A stretch of DNA of 64,000 nt from Oscillospiraceae bacterium (GTDB lineage: Bacteria; Bacillota; Clostridia; Oscillospirales; SIG627). Shown here in pieces: positions 8,438-18,400 of this stretch (within the stretch, counting starts at the first letter, position 1; each line of letters begins with the position of its first letter). The notes under the pieces are model-generated. The model had not been told where the DNA came from. It searched no databases and saw only the letters and a program-made list of their open reading frames with translations. The translations under genes and the position numbers were made by a program. Location of the stretch: NCBI GenBank assembly GCA_015065325.1, contig SVQO01000002.1, forward strand, positions 93,005 to 157,004, in the 5' to 3' direction.

Positions 8438-9385
8438 TTACCCATTGACCGCGTTTTGCGCCTTTCCGTTCAACCAGGCGGCAAGATTGTCCCGCAAGAT
8501 CCCGATCAGACGGGCGCGGGTCTCCTTGGGTGCCCAGGCGATATGAGGGGTCAAAATGCAGTTTTTTGCCCCGATCAGCGGGCAAGTACTGCTTTGCGGC
8601 TCCACGGTCAGAACGTCCCCGGCAAAGCCTGCGATCACGCCGCCGTCCAAAGCGTCACGCAGTGCTTGCTCGTCTATCAGCCCGCCGCGGGCAGTATTGA
8701 TGAGGAAGGCACTTTTTTTCATTTTTGCAAGGCTTTCACGGGAAATGAGCTTTTCCGTCTCCGCCGAAAGGGGCAGATGCAGGGAAACGAAGTCACTGCG
8801 TGCGAAAAGCGCGTCGAGAGAAACGTGCTCCCGCCCACATTCTTTTTTTCTTCGTGTGTGGTAGATCACCTTCATTCCAAAGGCTTCCGCAAGCCTTGCA
8901 ACCTTTTCACCGATGCTTCCCATTCCCACAAGTCCCAGGATCTTCCCCTCCAGCTCCGTCAAAGGATAGGGATAGTAGCAAAAAAGCTCCGAGCGGGTCC
9001 AGTCCCCACGCGCGGTAGAAGCAGTATACGCCTCCAGGCTGGTGGCAAGGGCAAGGATAAAGGTCATGGTCATCTGCGCCACGGCAGAAGAAGAATAGTC
9101 GGGAATATTGGTCACCGTTACCCCCCTCTCGCGGCAGGCGGCAAGATCGATGTTGTTATAGCCGGTCGCCATAACGCCGATATATTTTAAATTCGGGCAG
9201 GAATCCAGCAGTGCCGGGGTCACCGACACCTTACTGCACAAAAGAACCTCGCTGTCTCCGATGACCGCGGGCAGCTCCTCCGGAGAAGGCTTTCCGTAAT
9301 AGGAGACCTCCCCCAGCTTTTCGATCTCGGCAAAGGACAGATCGTCCCCGCAGACGCTTTTCCATTCACAGGCACAAATTTTCAT
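8438..9385 (-). CDS. D-isomer-specific 2-hydroxyacid dehydrogenase (glycerate dehydrogenase-like)
   Basis: 315 aa with the NAD-binding GLVGMGSIGEKVA motif, the RGDW block and a catalytic-His region (LTPHIAWA) typical of the family. Confidence 0.85.
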   Translation of the reverse strand: MKICACEWKSVCGDDLSFAEIEKLGEVSYYGKPSPEELPAVIGDSEVLLCSKVSVTPALLDSCPNLKYIGVMATGYNNIDLAACRERGVTVTNIPDYSSSAVAQMTMTFILALATSLEAYTASTARGDWTRSELFCYYPYPLTELEGKILGLVGMGSIGEKVARLAEAFGMKVIYHTRRKKECGREHVSLDALFARSDFVSLHLPLSAETEKLISRESLAKMKKSAFLINTARGGLIDEQALRDALDGGVIAGFAGDVLTVEPQSSTCPLIGAKNCILTPHIAWAPKETRARLIGILRDNLAAWLNGKAQNAVNG

Positions 9386-9520
9386 ACAGTCACGCTCCTT
9401 TTCCCTATTTTACCATAGCTTGCTCCGCAGTTCAAGTCGGAGACGGTATTTTCGGACCGTACCTTCAACTTTTCTTTGTCTTGTTTCAAATATATTTATT
9501 TTACTTTTGACCCGAATCCC

Positions 9521-9549
9521 TTGACTTTTTCGGGGCGGAAAGGTACAAT
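9521..9549 (+). promoter_or_regulatory. Sigma-A-type promoter of the 9611..15104 gene string
   Basis: TTGACT (9521..9526), a 17-nt spacer, then TACAAT (9544..9549). Confidence 0.65.
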
Positions 9550-9553
9550 AAAA

Positions 9554-9597
9554 CTCGGTAAAAAGGAATTGTACCGAGAATGGTTTTCCATTCTCGG
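9554..9597 (+). promoter_or_regulatory. 5' leader with two overlapping, mutually exclusive hairpins
   Basis: Hairpin 1 pairs CTCGGTA (9554..9560) with TACCGAG (9572..9578). Hairpin 2 pairs CCGAGAATGG (9574..9583) with CCATTCTCGG (9588..9597). They share CCGAG, and the RBS GGAAGGAAGG follows directly. Confidence 0.4.
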
Positions 9598-9610
9598 AAG
9601 GAAGGTATTT

Positions 9611-11107
9611 ATGAGTCGAATCAAATTTGGCTGGAGCGAAGCAAACCTCTTGCCGCAAGGAAAAAAAGTGGACCTGGCAGGTCAGTTTTACGAGCGCATC
9701 ACCGACGTTGTGGAGGATGAGATCACCGTCACCGCCCTTGCTATGGAATGCGGTGAGGACGCGGCCATCTTCTGCGGTTGCGATCTGGTTTCCACCAGCC
9801 ATCAGCTTCTCCTCTCCGTCCGCGAAAAGCTCGCATCGAGACCCGATATTCCCGCGGATAAAGTAATCGTCAGCGCCATTCATACGCACACCGCACCTCA
9901 GTACGCGCGCCGTTCCGACAGCATCGGAAAAGGCAGTCGCGGTCTTTCTGCGCTGACCGATCTTTTGCCCAACGTAAAATACGAGCGGCTGGAAAGCTAT
10001 GAGGGAGACGATCTGTTCGAAGGGGAAGAAGCCCACGATTTTTTTGCTTCCCGCATCGCCGAGGCAGCCATTGCCGCCTGGGATAACCGCAAAGAAGGAG
10101 CGTACGCCGCAGGCTTCGGCAGAGCCGCCGTGGGTATGTGCCGCAGAGTTTGTTACGATGACGGCAGTGCAAAAATGTGGGGCGATACCTCCTTTGCCAA
10201 CTTCGAGACTTTGGAAGCAGGCAACGACAGCGGCATTGAACTGATCTTCACCTATTCCGCCGACAAGACTCTGACCGGTGTCATTGCAAACGTAGCCTGC
10301 CCCGCACAAGTATTAGAGCATCGCAGCTTCGTATCCTCCGACTACTGGGGCAAGGTAAAGAAAATGCTCCGCGAAAAGCTGGGTGAGGATCTGTTCGTTC
10401 TGGGTCTTTGCTCTGCCGCAGGCGATCAGTGCCCCCGTGATATGATCCGCTGGGTACAGCCGGAAAGTCCCATCAATGACCCCAACATCAAAAGAACCAA
10501 CCCCGTAGAGCGCGGCGCCGATCCTTCTATGTTTGATCTTTCCGGGTGCATCAAGGCAGCTCGCCGCATCAAGGACGAGATCCTGTACGCATTGGAGGAG
10601 GTTACCGAAACCGTTTCCGATACAACCCTCTCCCATACCGCTTACATCCTGGATTTGCCTCTTCGCCGTGTAAGCATTGCAGAAAAAGAAAAGGCTGAAG
10701 AAGTCATTCAACGCTTTGCCGAAGCAAACCGCGGAAAGACGATCAACTTCGAGGATAAGGCAAGAATGCACATTCACGCAGGCACCTTGAACCGCTACGT
10801 TCTGCAACAGCAATTCAACACCTTCCCCATCGAGGTCCATACCCTCCGTTTGGGCAACATTGCCTTTGCCACCAACCCCTTCGAGCTGTTTCTTGACTAC
10901 GGCAACAAGATCCGTGCAAGAAGCCCCGCCAGCCAAACCTTCCTGATCCAGCTTTGCTGTGGATCTTGGGGTTATCTTCCCACGAAAAAGGCAGAGGAAG
11001 GAAGTCACTATTCCGCCTACGTTTCCTCCGGCTATGCGGGACACGATGGCGGCGACCTTTTGGTGCGCAAGACCCTAACCGAGCTGAACAAACTGTTTCA
11101 AGACTAA
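9611..11107 (+). CDS. Leaderless (cytoplasmic) distant homologue of the HxH hydrolase family (ceramidase-like N-terminal domain candidate)
   Basis: ATG at 9611 follows GGAAGGAAGG, and the upstream part of the tracked ORF (9476) covers the promoter. No signal peptide. Shares block order with the array genes: VTALAMECGEDAAIFCGCDL, SAIHTHTAPQ, and IAFATNPFELF..GNKIRARSP..GSWGYLPT..EGSHYSAY. Confidence 0.65.
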   Translation: MSRIKFGWSEANLLPQGKKVDLAGQFYERITDVVEDEITVTALAMECGEDAAIFCGCDLVSTSHQLLLSVREKLASRPDIPADKVIVSAIHTHTAPQYARRSDSIGKGSRGLSALTDLLPNVKYERLESYEGDDLFEGEEAHDFFASRIAEAAIAAWDNRKEGAYAAGFGRAAVGMCRRVCYDDGSAKMWGDTSFANFETLEAGNDSGIELIFTYSADKTLTGVIANVACPAQVLEHRSFVSSDYWGKVKKMLREKLGEDLFVLGLCSAAGDQCPRDMIRWVQPESPINDPNIKRTNPVERGADPSMFDLSGCIKAARRIKDEILYALEEVTETVSDTTLSHTAYILDLPLRRVSIAEKEKAEEVIQRFAEANRGKTINFEDKARMHIHAGTLNRYVLQQQFNTFPIEVHTLRLGNIAFATNPFELFLDYGNKIRARSPASQTFLIQLCCGSWGYLPTKKAEEGSHYSAYVSSGYAGHDGGDLLVRKTLTELNKLFQD

Positions 11108-11141
11108 ATACAAAGCAAAAAAAGATAGAGGAGATCCGAAG

Positions 11142-12431
11142 ATGAAATTTACTGCAGCAGGAGACGCTCTTTGCCAGAGAAGACTCCCCCAAGACTACGA
11201 AGGCTTTGCCGAGATCCGCGACTTCATTCTGAAGGGAGACGGAAGATTTTTCAATCTGGAAACCACCCTTAACTATGAAGGTGAAGTTTACGCCAACCAG
11301 TTCTCCGGCGGTACCTGGGTACGCTGTACCCCCGAGGTTGCCGAGGATATGCTGGACTACGGCTTCAATATGACCAATATCAACAACAACCACGCCATGG
11401 ACTTCGCTCACGAGGGCATGATCAAGACCATCGAATACGTGGAAGAAATGGGTATCATTCAGGCAGGCGTAGGTATGAACCTGCACCAGGCAGCCGCTCC
11501 CGCGTATTTGGAGACCAAAAACGGCAGAATTGCCCTCATCGGCATCTCCACCAGCTTCAAGCCCCCTATGATGGCAGGGGAGCAGAGCCGCAGAATTCCC
11601 GGCCGTCCCGGTGTCAACGGTGTCCGCATCAGCCAGAAGCTGATGGTCCCCGAGGTAGCCTTCAAAACCGTTAAGGAGATCGGCGAAAAGACCCATATCA
11701 ACGACCCCAAGAATATTACCCGCGCCGAGGGGTATTTTCCCTGGCCCGAGGAAGGAACCGCAGAGCTGGGTGAGCTGAATTTCGTCCGCGGTGAGGAATT
11801 CAAGATCGTCAGTGAGCTGAACAAGGCGGATCTCAAGCGCGTTACCGATTCCATCCGTGAGGCCCAAATGCAGGCAGATTACGTAATGGTCTCCCTCCAC
11901 GCTCACCAGATCGTAGGCTCCGACAAGCACAGCGTGCCCGCCATTCTCGAGGAGCTTTGCCACGCCCTGATCGACGCAGGTGCCGACGCAGTGGTAGGTC
12001 ACGGTCCTCATCTGGTCCGCGCCATCGAGGTCTACCGTGAAAAGCCCATCTTCTACTCTCTGGGCGACTTCCTCATTCAGCTGTATCAGCTTCCCATCGC
12101 TCCCGAGGATTTCTATAAGAACTACGGTATGAATTCCGATTCCGCCGTGATCGAGCTTTTGAAAAAGAGAAGCCGCGACTTCTCCTGCGGCCTGATGGAG
12201 GATCCCAAAATGCGCGAATCCATCATCCCCTACTGGGAGACCGACGAGAACAAGAAGCTGACGAAGCTCGTTCTGATGCCCGTTACCGCAAGCCTGCGCG
12301 AGGGCAAGCATCTGGAAGGTCTTCCCCAACCCTCCAAGGATACCGCCTTCATCGAAAAGCTGGCAGATCTTTCCAAGCCCTACGGCGTGAATATCAAAAT
12401 GGAAGACGGACTTGCCGTCTGCACCTGGTAA
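11142..12431 (+). CDS. CapA/PGA_cap family metallophosphatase-like protein
   Basis: 429 aa. The NINNNHAMDFAHEGM block and ...HAHQ...GADAVVGHGPH... blocks are typical of CapA-family proteins. Confidence 0.7.
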   Translation: MKFTAAGDALCQRRLPQDYEGFAEIRDFILKGDGRFFNLETTLNYEGEVYANQFSGGTWVRCTPEVAEDMLDYGFNMTNINNNHAMDFAHEGMIKTIEYVEEMGIIQAGVGMNLHQAAAPAYLETKNGRIALIGISTSFKPPMMAGEQSRRIPGRPGVNGVRISQKLMVPEVAFKTVKEIGEKTHINDPKNITRAEGYFPWPEEGTAELGELNFVRGEEFKIVSELNKADLKRVTDSIREAQMQADYVMVSLHAHQIVGSDKHSVPAILEELCHALIDAGADAVVGHGPHLVRAIEVYREKPIFYSLGDFLIQLYQLPIAPEDFYKNYGMNSDSAVIELLKKRSRDFSCGLMEDPKMRESIIPYWETDENKKLTKLVLMPVTASLREGKHLEGLPQPSKDTAFIEKLADLSKPYGVNIKMEDGLAVCTW

Positions 12432-12445
12432 GGAGATTTTCACCC

Positions 12446-13585
12446 ATGAAAGCCGATCTGAAAGCATATTTGGAGGAATGTCTTCCCGAGCTCCATCAGC
12501 TTTTAAAGCAAATGTGCCTCATCCCTGCCCCCAGCGGATTTGAGGACGAGCGAGCAAAATTTGTGAAAAATTGGTTGGAGGAAGCAGGTGCCGAGGGCGT
12601 TATCATCGACGAAGCGAAGAACGTGATCCTCCCCATGAACTGTGACGGCAAAACGGATCTCACCGTCTTTGCCGCCCATACCGATACCGTATTTCCCGCA
12701 GAAACGGAGCTGAAGTTCACCAAGGACGAGAAAAACTTCTATTGTCCCGGTGTAGGCGACGACACCGCTTGCCTTGCCATGATGATGATGGTGATCAAGT
12801 ACCTCCTCCAAAAGAAGCTCCGTCCCGAGGGAGGCGTCCTTTTCGTGGCAAACGCCTGCGAGGAGGGCTTGGGCAACCTGAAGGGCACCCGCCGTCTCTT
12901 CGAGGATTATAAAGGCAGGATCGCCAAGTTCTACACCTTCGACGGCAGATACGTCTATACCAACGATCATTGCGTCGGCTCCCACCGCTATATGATCGAG
13001 TGTACCACCGAGGGTGGGCACTCCTTCAACGCCTTCGGCAACGCCAACGCCATTGCCACTCTTTCCCGCCTGATCGCCGATCTCTACACGGTGCAGGTTC
13101 CCGCAAAGGAAGGCACCAAGACCACCTACAACGTGGGAATGATCGAAGGCGGAACCTCCGTCAACACCATTGCACAAAGCGCAAAAATGCTTTACGAGTA
13201 TCGCTCCGACGATGCCGAGTGCCTTGCCGTAATGGAAAAGGCCTTCAAGGAAAAGCTGGCGGCGGCTCAGGCACAGAATTACGGCACTTTTTCCGTGGAG
13301 CTGGTAGGCGTTCGCCCCTGTCAGGGTGAGATCGACGAAAAGGTCCACAAGCCGATGGTCGATCGTGTCAAGGAGATCTGCACCGAGGAGACCGGCGTGG
13401 AATGCGTTTCCAAGTCCGGCTCCACCGACTGCAATATTCCTATGTCCGTAGGCGTCCCCGCCGTTTGCGTAGGCACCTATCAGGGCGGCGGCGCACACAC
13501 TCTGGAGGAGTGGTTGGAGATCGCCTCCCTCCCCATCGGTCTTCGCATCACCGCGAGACTGATCCTGGATTATTTCAACGCATAA
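12446..13585 (+). CDS. M20 family peptidase (PepT/ArgE-like)
   Basis: 379 aa with the FAAHTDTVF, PGVGDDTACLA and ANACEEGLGNLKG metal-ligand blocks of M20 peptidases. Confidence 0.8.
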   Translation: MKADLKAYLEECLPELHQLLKQMCLIPAPSGFEDERAKFVKNWLEEAGAEGVIIDEAKNVILPMNCDGKTDLTVFAAHTDTVFPAETELKFTKDEKNFYCPGVGDDTACLAMMMMVIKYLLQKKLRPEGGVLFVANACEEGLGNLKGTRRLFEDYKGRIAKFYTFDGRYVYTNDHCVGSHRYMIECTTEGGHSFNAFGNANAIATLSRLIADLYTVQVPAKEGTKTTYNVGMIEGGTSVNTIAQSAKMLYEYRSDDAECLAVMEKAFKEKLAAAQAQNYGTFSVELVGVRPCQGEIDEKVHKPMVDRVKEICTEETGVECVSKSGSTDCNIPMSVGVPAVCVGTYQGGGAHTLEEWLEIASLPIGLRITARLILDYFNA

Positions 13586-13640
13586 ACTCAGCAGGGGGCT
13601 GTCAAAGTCCCCTGCTATCTTCATTTTTCGGAGGTCAAAT

Positions 13641-15104
13641 ATGGGTACCGTAAAAATTGCCGCCGCCCGTCCCTTCAGCGGCGCTCCCAAGATCAATATC
13701 GCTTCCGTTTTCGGCGCTTCCCCCTGCAAGCCTTTTCTTCTGCGAATTCCCGTTACGGGTCAGCGTCCCGTTACCTACGGTGCATTCGACTTGCCGGAAG
13801 GTCTGCGTCTGGAGGGCAACATCATCTGCGGCAAGGCGTTAAAGGAGGGAGATTACTCCGTCACTCTGACTGCGGAAAACGCTCTGGGAAGGGCAAGTAA
13901 GCAGATCACGCTGGAGATCCGCCCCGGGAACGTACTGGTCACGCCTCTTTTGGGCTATACTACCTGGAACGCCTTTGGAGCCGAGGTGACCCAAAAGGAC
14001 GTGGAGGACACCGCCCGAAAGCTGGAGGAGCTTGGGATCACGGAATACGGCTACCGCTATATGAATCTGGATTCCGGCTGGCAGCACGCATACGGCGGAG
14101 AATTCGACGCGGTCATGCCTAACGATAAATTCCCGGATATGAAAAAAATGACGGACACGATCCACGCGTTGGGAATGAAGGCAGGCATTTACTCAACCCC
14201 TATGCTCACCGCCTGGGGCTGTCCCAAGGAATTTGAGTCCATCCCCGGCTGCACCGTCGGAGACCCCGATCCCCGCTTCACCTCGGAAAACGGCGGCATC
14301 GGCACGGTGCGCAAGGAGCGGGGCAACGCCCTGCAGTGGAACGCCTGGGGCTTCGACTATTTAAAATACGATTGGAAGCCCACCGATCCCTACAACGCAG
14401 AGCTGATGCGGCAGGAGCTTGTGAAGCTGGACCGCGATTTCGGCTTTTGCGTAACCATCCGCGCCATCAAGGAATACCACGATTACTGGTCCGCCTTCGT
14501 TTCCTCCTACCGTTCCTGCCCGGATACCCATCGGGAATGGCCAAACCTTCTGAAAATCTACCGCAGTTATTTTGATTTTGAGCCCTACGTCAAGAAGGGG
14601 CATTACCCCGATCTGGATCTTTTGGACCTGGGAACCTGCCGCTGTGAGGCGGTTCGCGGCACCTTTACCGAGGACGAGCAGATCTGCGCCTTTTCCGTAC
14701 GCGCTTTTCTCGGCTCCCCCATTCAGATCAGCAGTACCCTGGAGCACGCAGATGAATTCGAGCTTTCTCTGTACTGCAACGAGGAGATCATCGCCATCAA
14801 TCAGGACTGCTCCTTCCAAGCCGCCAAGCTCCTCTATCGTAACGAACGGGGAAGCTCCGTTCTGGACGTATTGGAGAAAAAGCTGGAGGACGGAGGCTTT
14901 GCCTACGCCTTGTTTAATATAGGCGAGACCGTACAAACGGTTTTGGGACGCTTCTCGGAAAAAGCACGTCTGCGGGACGTGTGGGCAAAGGAGGATCTGG
15001 AGCCTGCAAGCTATCTGGATCTCGTACTGATGCCCCACACCGTAAGGATCCTGCGATCCGACAAAAGACTGGAGACCGTGGCAAACGCCGTCTCCGACGC
15101 ATAA
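13641..15104 (+). CDS. GH27-type alpha-galactosidase with an N-terminal Ig-like segment
   Basis: GGAGG lies 6 nt upstream. The GYTTWNAFG, YRYMNLDSGWQ and FDYLKYDW blocks match the GH27 (melibiase) catalytic barrel. No signal peptide. Confidence 0.75.
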   Translation: MGTVKIAAARPFSGAPKINIASVFGASPCKPFLLRIPVTGQRPVTYGAFDLPEGLRLEGNIICGKALKEGDYSVTLTAENALGRASKQITLEIRPGNVLVTPLLGYTTWNAFGAEVTQKDVEDTARKLEELGITEYGYRYMNLDSGWQHAYGGEFDAVMPNDKFPDMKKMTDTIHALGMKAGIYSTPMLTAWGCPKEFESIPGCTVGDPDPRFTSENGGIGTVRKERGNALQWNAWGFDYLKYDWKPTDPYNAELMRQELVKLDRDFGFCVTIRAIKEYHDYWSAFVSSYRSCPDTHREWPNLLKIYRSYFDFEPYVKKGHYPDLDLLDLGTCRCEAVRGTFTEDEQICAFSVRAFLGSPIQISSTLEHADEFELSLYCNEEIIAINQDCSFQAAKLLYRNERGSSVLDVLEKKLEDGGFAYALFNIGETVQTVLGRFSEKARLRDVWAKEDLEPASYLDLVLMPHTVRILRSDKRLETVANAVSDA

Positions 15105-15113
15105 AGAGATTCA

Positions 15114-15223
15114 GGGGACTTTTGAAAAAGTCCCCCGAACCCCTCAAAACTTTCAAACGAAAAATCCCTTTTATAAAGTTTTCGGAGGTTTGGAACCCCT
15201 TTTTCAAAAGGGTTCCAAGAAAA
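15114..15223 (+). repeat. Bipartite hairpin element, copy 1 (candidate structured RNA or protein-binding repeat)
   Basis: Hairpin A is GGGGACTTT-TGAA-AAAGTCCCC (15114..15135). After a 49-nt spacer comes GAGGTTTGGAACCC..GGGTTCCAAGAAAA (15185..15223). Same layout as 30282..30391. Confidence 0.6.
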
Positions 15224-15424
15224 GAATTTCTTTCAAAAACTTCCAAAAAAAGAAAAAACACCCCTTTCCCACCCTATTCCCCACCCCCTCAAAAAAAATA
15301 CAATTTTTCCCCACCCCAAAAAAGAGAGGTGGGTGGGGACTTTCGGCAGAAATCTCGGGATAATATAGATAGCAAATGAAAGGGAACGATAGTTCCCTAA
15401 TTTGACACCAAGGAGGAATGAAAC

Positions 15425-18400
15425 GTGAAAAAACGGATATTAAGCTTATTGCTGACGTTGGTGATGCTCATAGGTCTCGTGCCCACGGCGGCATTCCCCG
15501 TCTTTGCGGAGGAGTCGGAGGAGCAGCCTAGCGTTGACAGCGAGGGCAATATCCTTATCTGGTCCTACGAACAGCTCGTCAGTGTTGCACAGAATGCCCG
15601 GATCAATGAAAGCTATCGCCTGGCGACGGATATTTACCAAACGGATAACTCCAACGATCTGGGAATTTGGGTCAGGTGCGACAGCCTTTGGCTGGATCTG
15701 AACGGTCACGTGCTGTCCCGCGAGACAAGGTCGCTGGATTCGGCGTTGTTTTTCGTGTGTGATGGTTCAACGCTGAACATCTATGACTCCTCGCCCGACA
15801 GTACCGGCACCTGCATCTACAATAATAACTATGTTTCTGACCCTTGCAGCGTGATCAATAACAGTGGCGGCAATGTGATCATCAACGGAGGCAACTACAT
15901 CGTCAAAATGGACAACCCCTCAGCCGAAGCCGCCGTATTATACGGCACTTCGGGTGAGTTTACGGTGTACGATGGCTACTTTGACTCTACCCAAGCAAGT
16001 AACGGCAACGCAGTGAAAATGCATTATAGTAACTCTCTCTACGATGAGCCCGACTGTATTATCTACGGCGGTAGGTTCTATAGCAAAAAAACTTGTATCG
16101 AAGCGGGGAGTCTTGCCAACTATTCCGATGTGTATTATCCCTATGTGTTTGTGTTGGGCGGCGAATTTTACACCAAAAGGATCAACGGCGATGAGTATGA
16201 AGGTAATTTCGCCTATTGTAACAACGGCTGGGGACGTGTCATTGCGGCAAACGGTCTGGTGCCCGCGAGATCGTTGAATGCGAGGGATCAGCGGTACGCC
16301 ACGGGCACCACGACAACGGTTGAAACGCTGACAGGAGAGCCCGGCAACGGCTGGGAATATGCTACCGTGACGCCCCCGCCTCGCATCGTAAGCGAGCAGC
16401 TGCCGAAGGAAGACCGCTGGTATTCCCTGTGCTGGCGTGACTACCTGAAAGCGGCAAAAGAGAATGAAAGCTACGATTTTTGGACTGCGAACCAAGAGGC
16501 GATCGAAGCGGAATTGGCAAAGATCGACGGATTTTCGGTCAATATATTCGATACCGAGGTCACTCTCAGCATTGAGGATAAGAAAGAGATCGATTCCGTT
16601 CGCTGGTACGTTTCCGCCTCTCCCGACTCAGGCTGGACAGAGCTTGTCGATTATCAAAACATCACCGGCCCCGTCACGCAGGATCCTCCAAATCCCGGGA
16701 AAACTCTTTATTATCGAGCTGTGGTCACCCGCAAAGGCGGCACCGAATACGAGGATATTATCTACGTAAACTGCAAAGAGCCTAAAAAGGTCAATGTTTC
16801 CGCCGATTTCTCCGGCACACCGTCAAACGCAACCTCCAACACCGACGGTGTTAAGGTAACCTCTACCAAGTGGTATAAGAAGAGCGGTTCCGACTGGGTA
16901 CAGCTCAGTGCATCCGACACCATCAAGGAAGGATATGCCTACCGCTGTGAGATAACTGTTGGCGCAACCGGTACTTTTACGTTTGCAGACGGCTACACCG
17001 TAGAAATTAACGGCATTGCCGCAACCAAGAAATCCGGCAATACCTGGTATGTGGACAGAACCCTTACCGGATATACAAGTTACGTAGACGTTTACGACAT
17101 TGCTCTGCCGGAGGCAGGTGCAAAGCCTGACTTTACCTATAACGACGAGGACTGCCGTCACAGCAGTGTTGCTCTTGTGGAGTGGTTTGAGTGTGATAAG
17201 GACGGCAAGAAACTGAGCGGTGCTTTATCCGCAGACTACAAATTCAAAGAGGATGCCTACTACCGTCTGGAAGTCACCGCAGTACCGGATGCAAATTATA
17301 AGTTTGATACAAGTACCCTTGGCTTCTATATCGGTCCAAAGGCAGTTCAGTTCTACTACCCCTATCAGGATACTACTTATCCTGACAGTGTGACCGGTTG
17401 GAAAGTATACCACGTGGACGATGCCAATGGCACCTATACCGTTCAGATCGGAGATATTACCCTGAAGGACGGCGACTATCTTGCAAACAATGCAACAGCT
17501 GTTACGACCACCAAGCCCTCCGGCGGCTATGCCTACTATAAGGACGGCGTGCTGACGCTGAACAATTTCGTAGCCGCAAAGCTTGTTCGCTACTATGAAA
17601 GATATCTTGAAGTAGAGCTGATCGGTGAGAACAAGATCGGCGCCATTGCAGATTACTACTATTGGGACACTACCTCCAATGATTATTTCACCGGTCTGGA
17701 GTTTTGCGGTGACGGCGATCTGGAATTTGATGACTACTACGATGCCCCGTGCTGCAACGTCAGCGTTAACGGTGACGTGTTCTTCAATGGCAGCGGCGAC
17801 ATTCTTCTCGATGCTGAATTTAATTGTTTCCAGTATACCGATAACGTGATCATCAATGACGGTTATGTGTATTGCTACTGTTCTCAATTCTGTGTGTTCG
17901 GTGATGATACGAACATCACGGTGAACGGCGGCAAGCTGAAAATGTATGACGGCGGCAGCTGGTACGATTATTTCATCTGTGACGGTGATCTTTTGATCTA
18001 CGCAGGCAGCGTGTACGTAAGTACTGATCCGAATAAAACCGAATTGGCAGACTGTGTGCCTTGGGACGGCGTAACTGATCTCAATACCTATGAATGCGTA
18101 TGGATCGTGGAGGAAAGTGCGACTGTCACCCACACCGTAACCTTTAAGGTAGACACTACTACCGTAGCCACCAAGACTGTTGAGGGCGGCAAGACCGTAA
18201 CTGCACCTGCCGATCCCGTGAAGGGCGATTACGACTTCTTCGGTTGGTATACCGACGACGGCGAACTCTTCGATTTTGTTACTCCCATCACCACAGATCT
18301 CACCTTGACCGCAAAATTCGGTTATAACGTATTCTTCTGGCTGGATCCTTCTGATGAATATCCTGTTGCATGGCGTGATGCAGAACCGGGACAGACAATT

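Noticed and set aside
15114-15135. Treating the TGAA-loop hairpins (15114..15135, 30282..30305) and the GGAACC palindromes as ordinary terminators
   Set aside because: None is followed by a T-run, and the MBL gene already has a canonical terminator at 30226..30255 upstream of copy 2.
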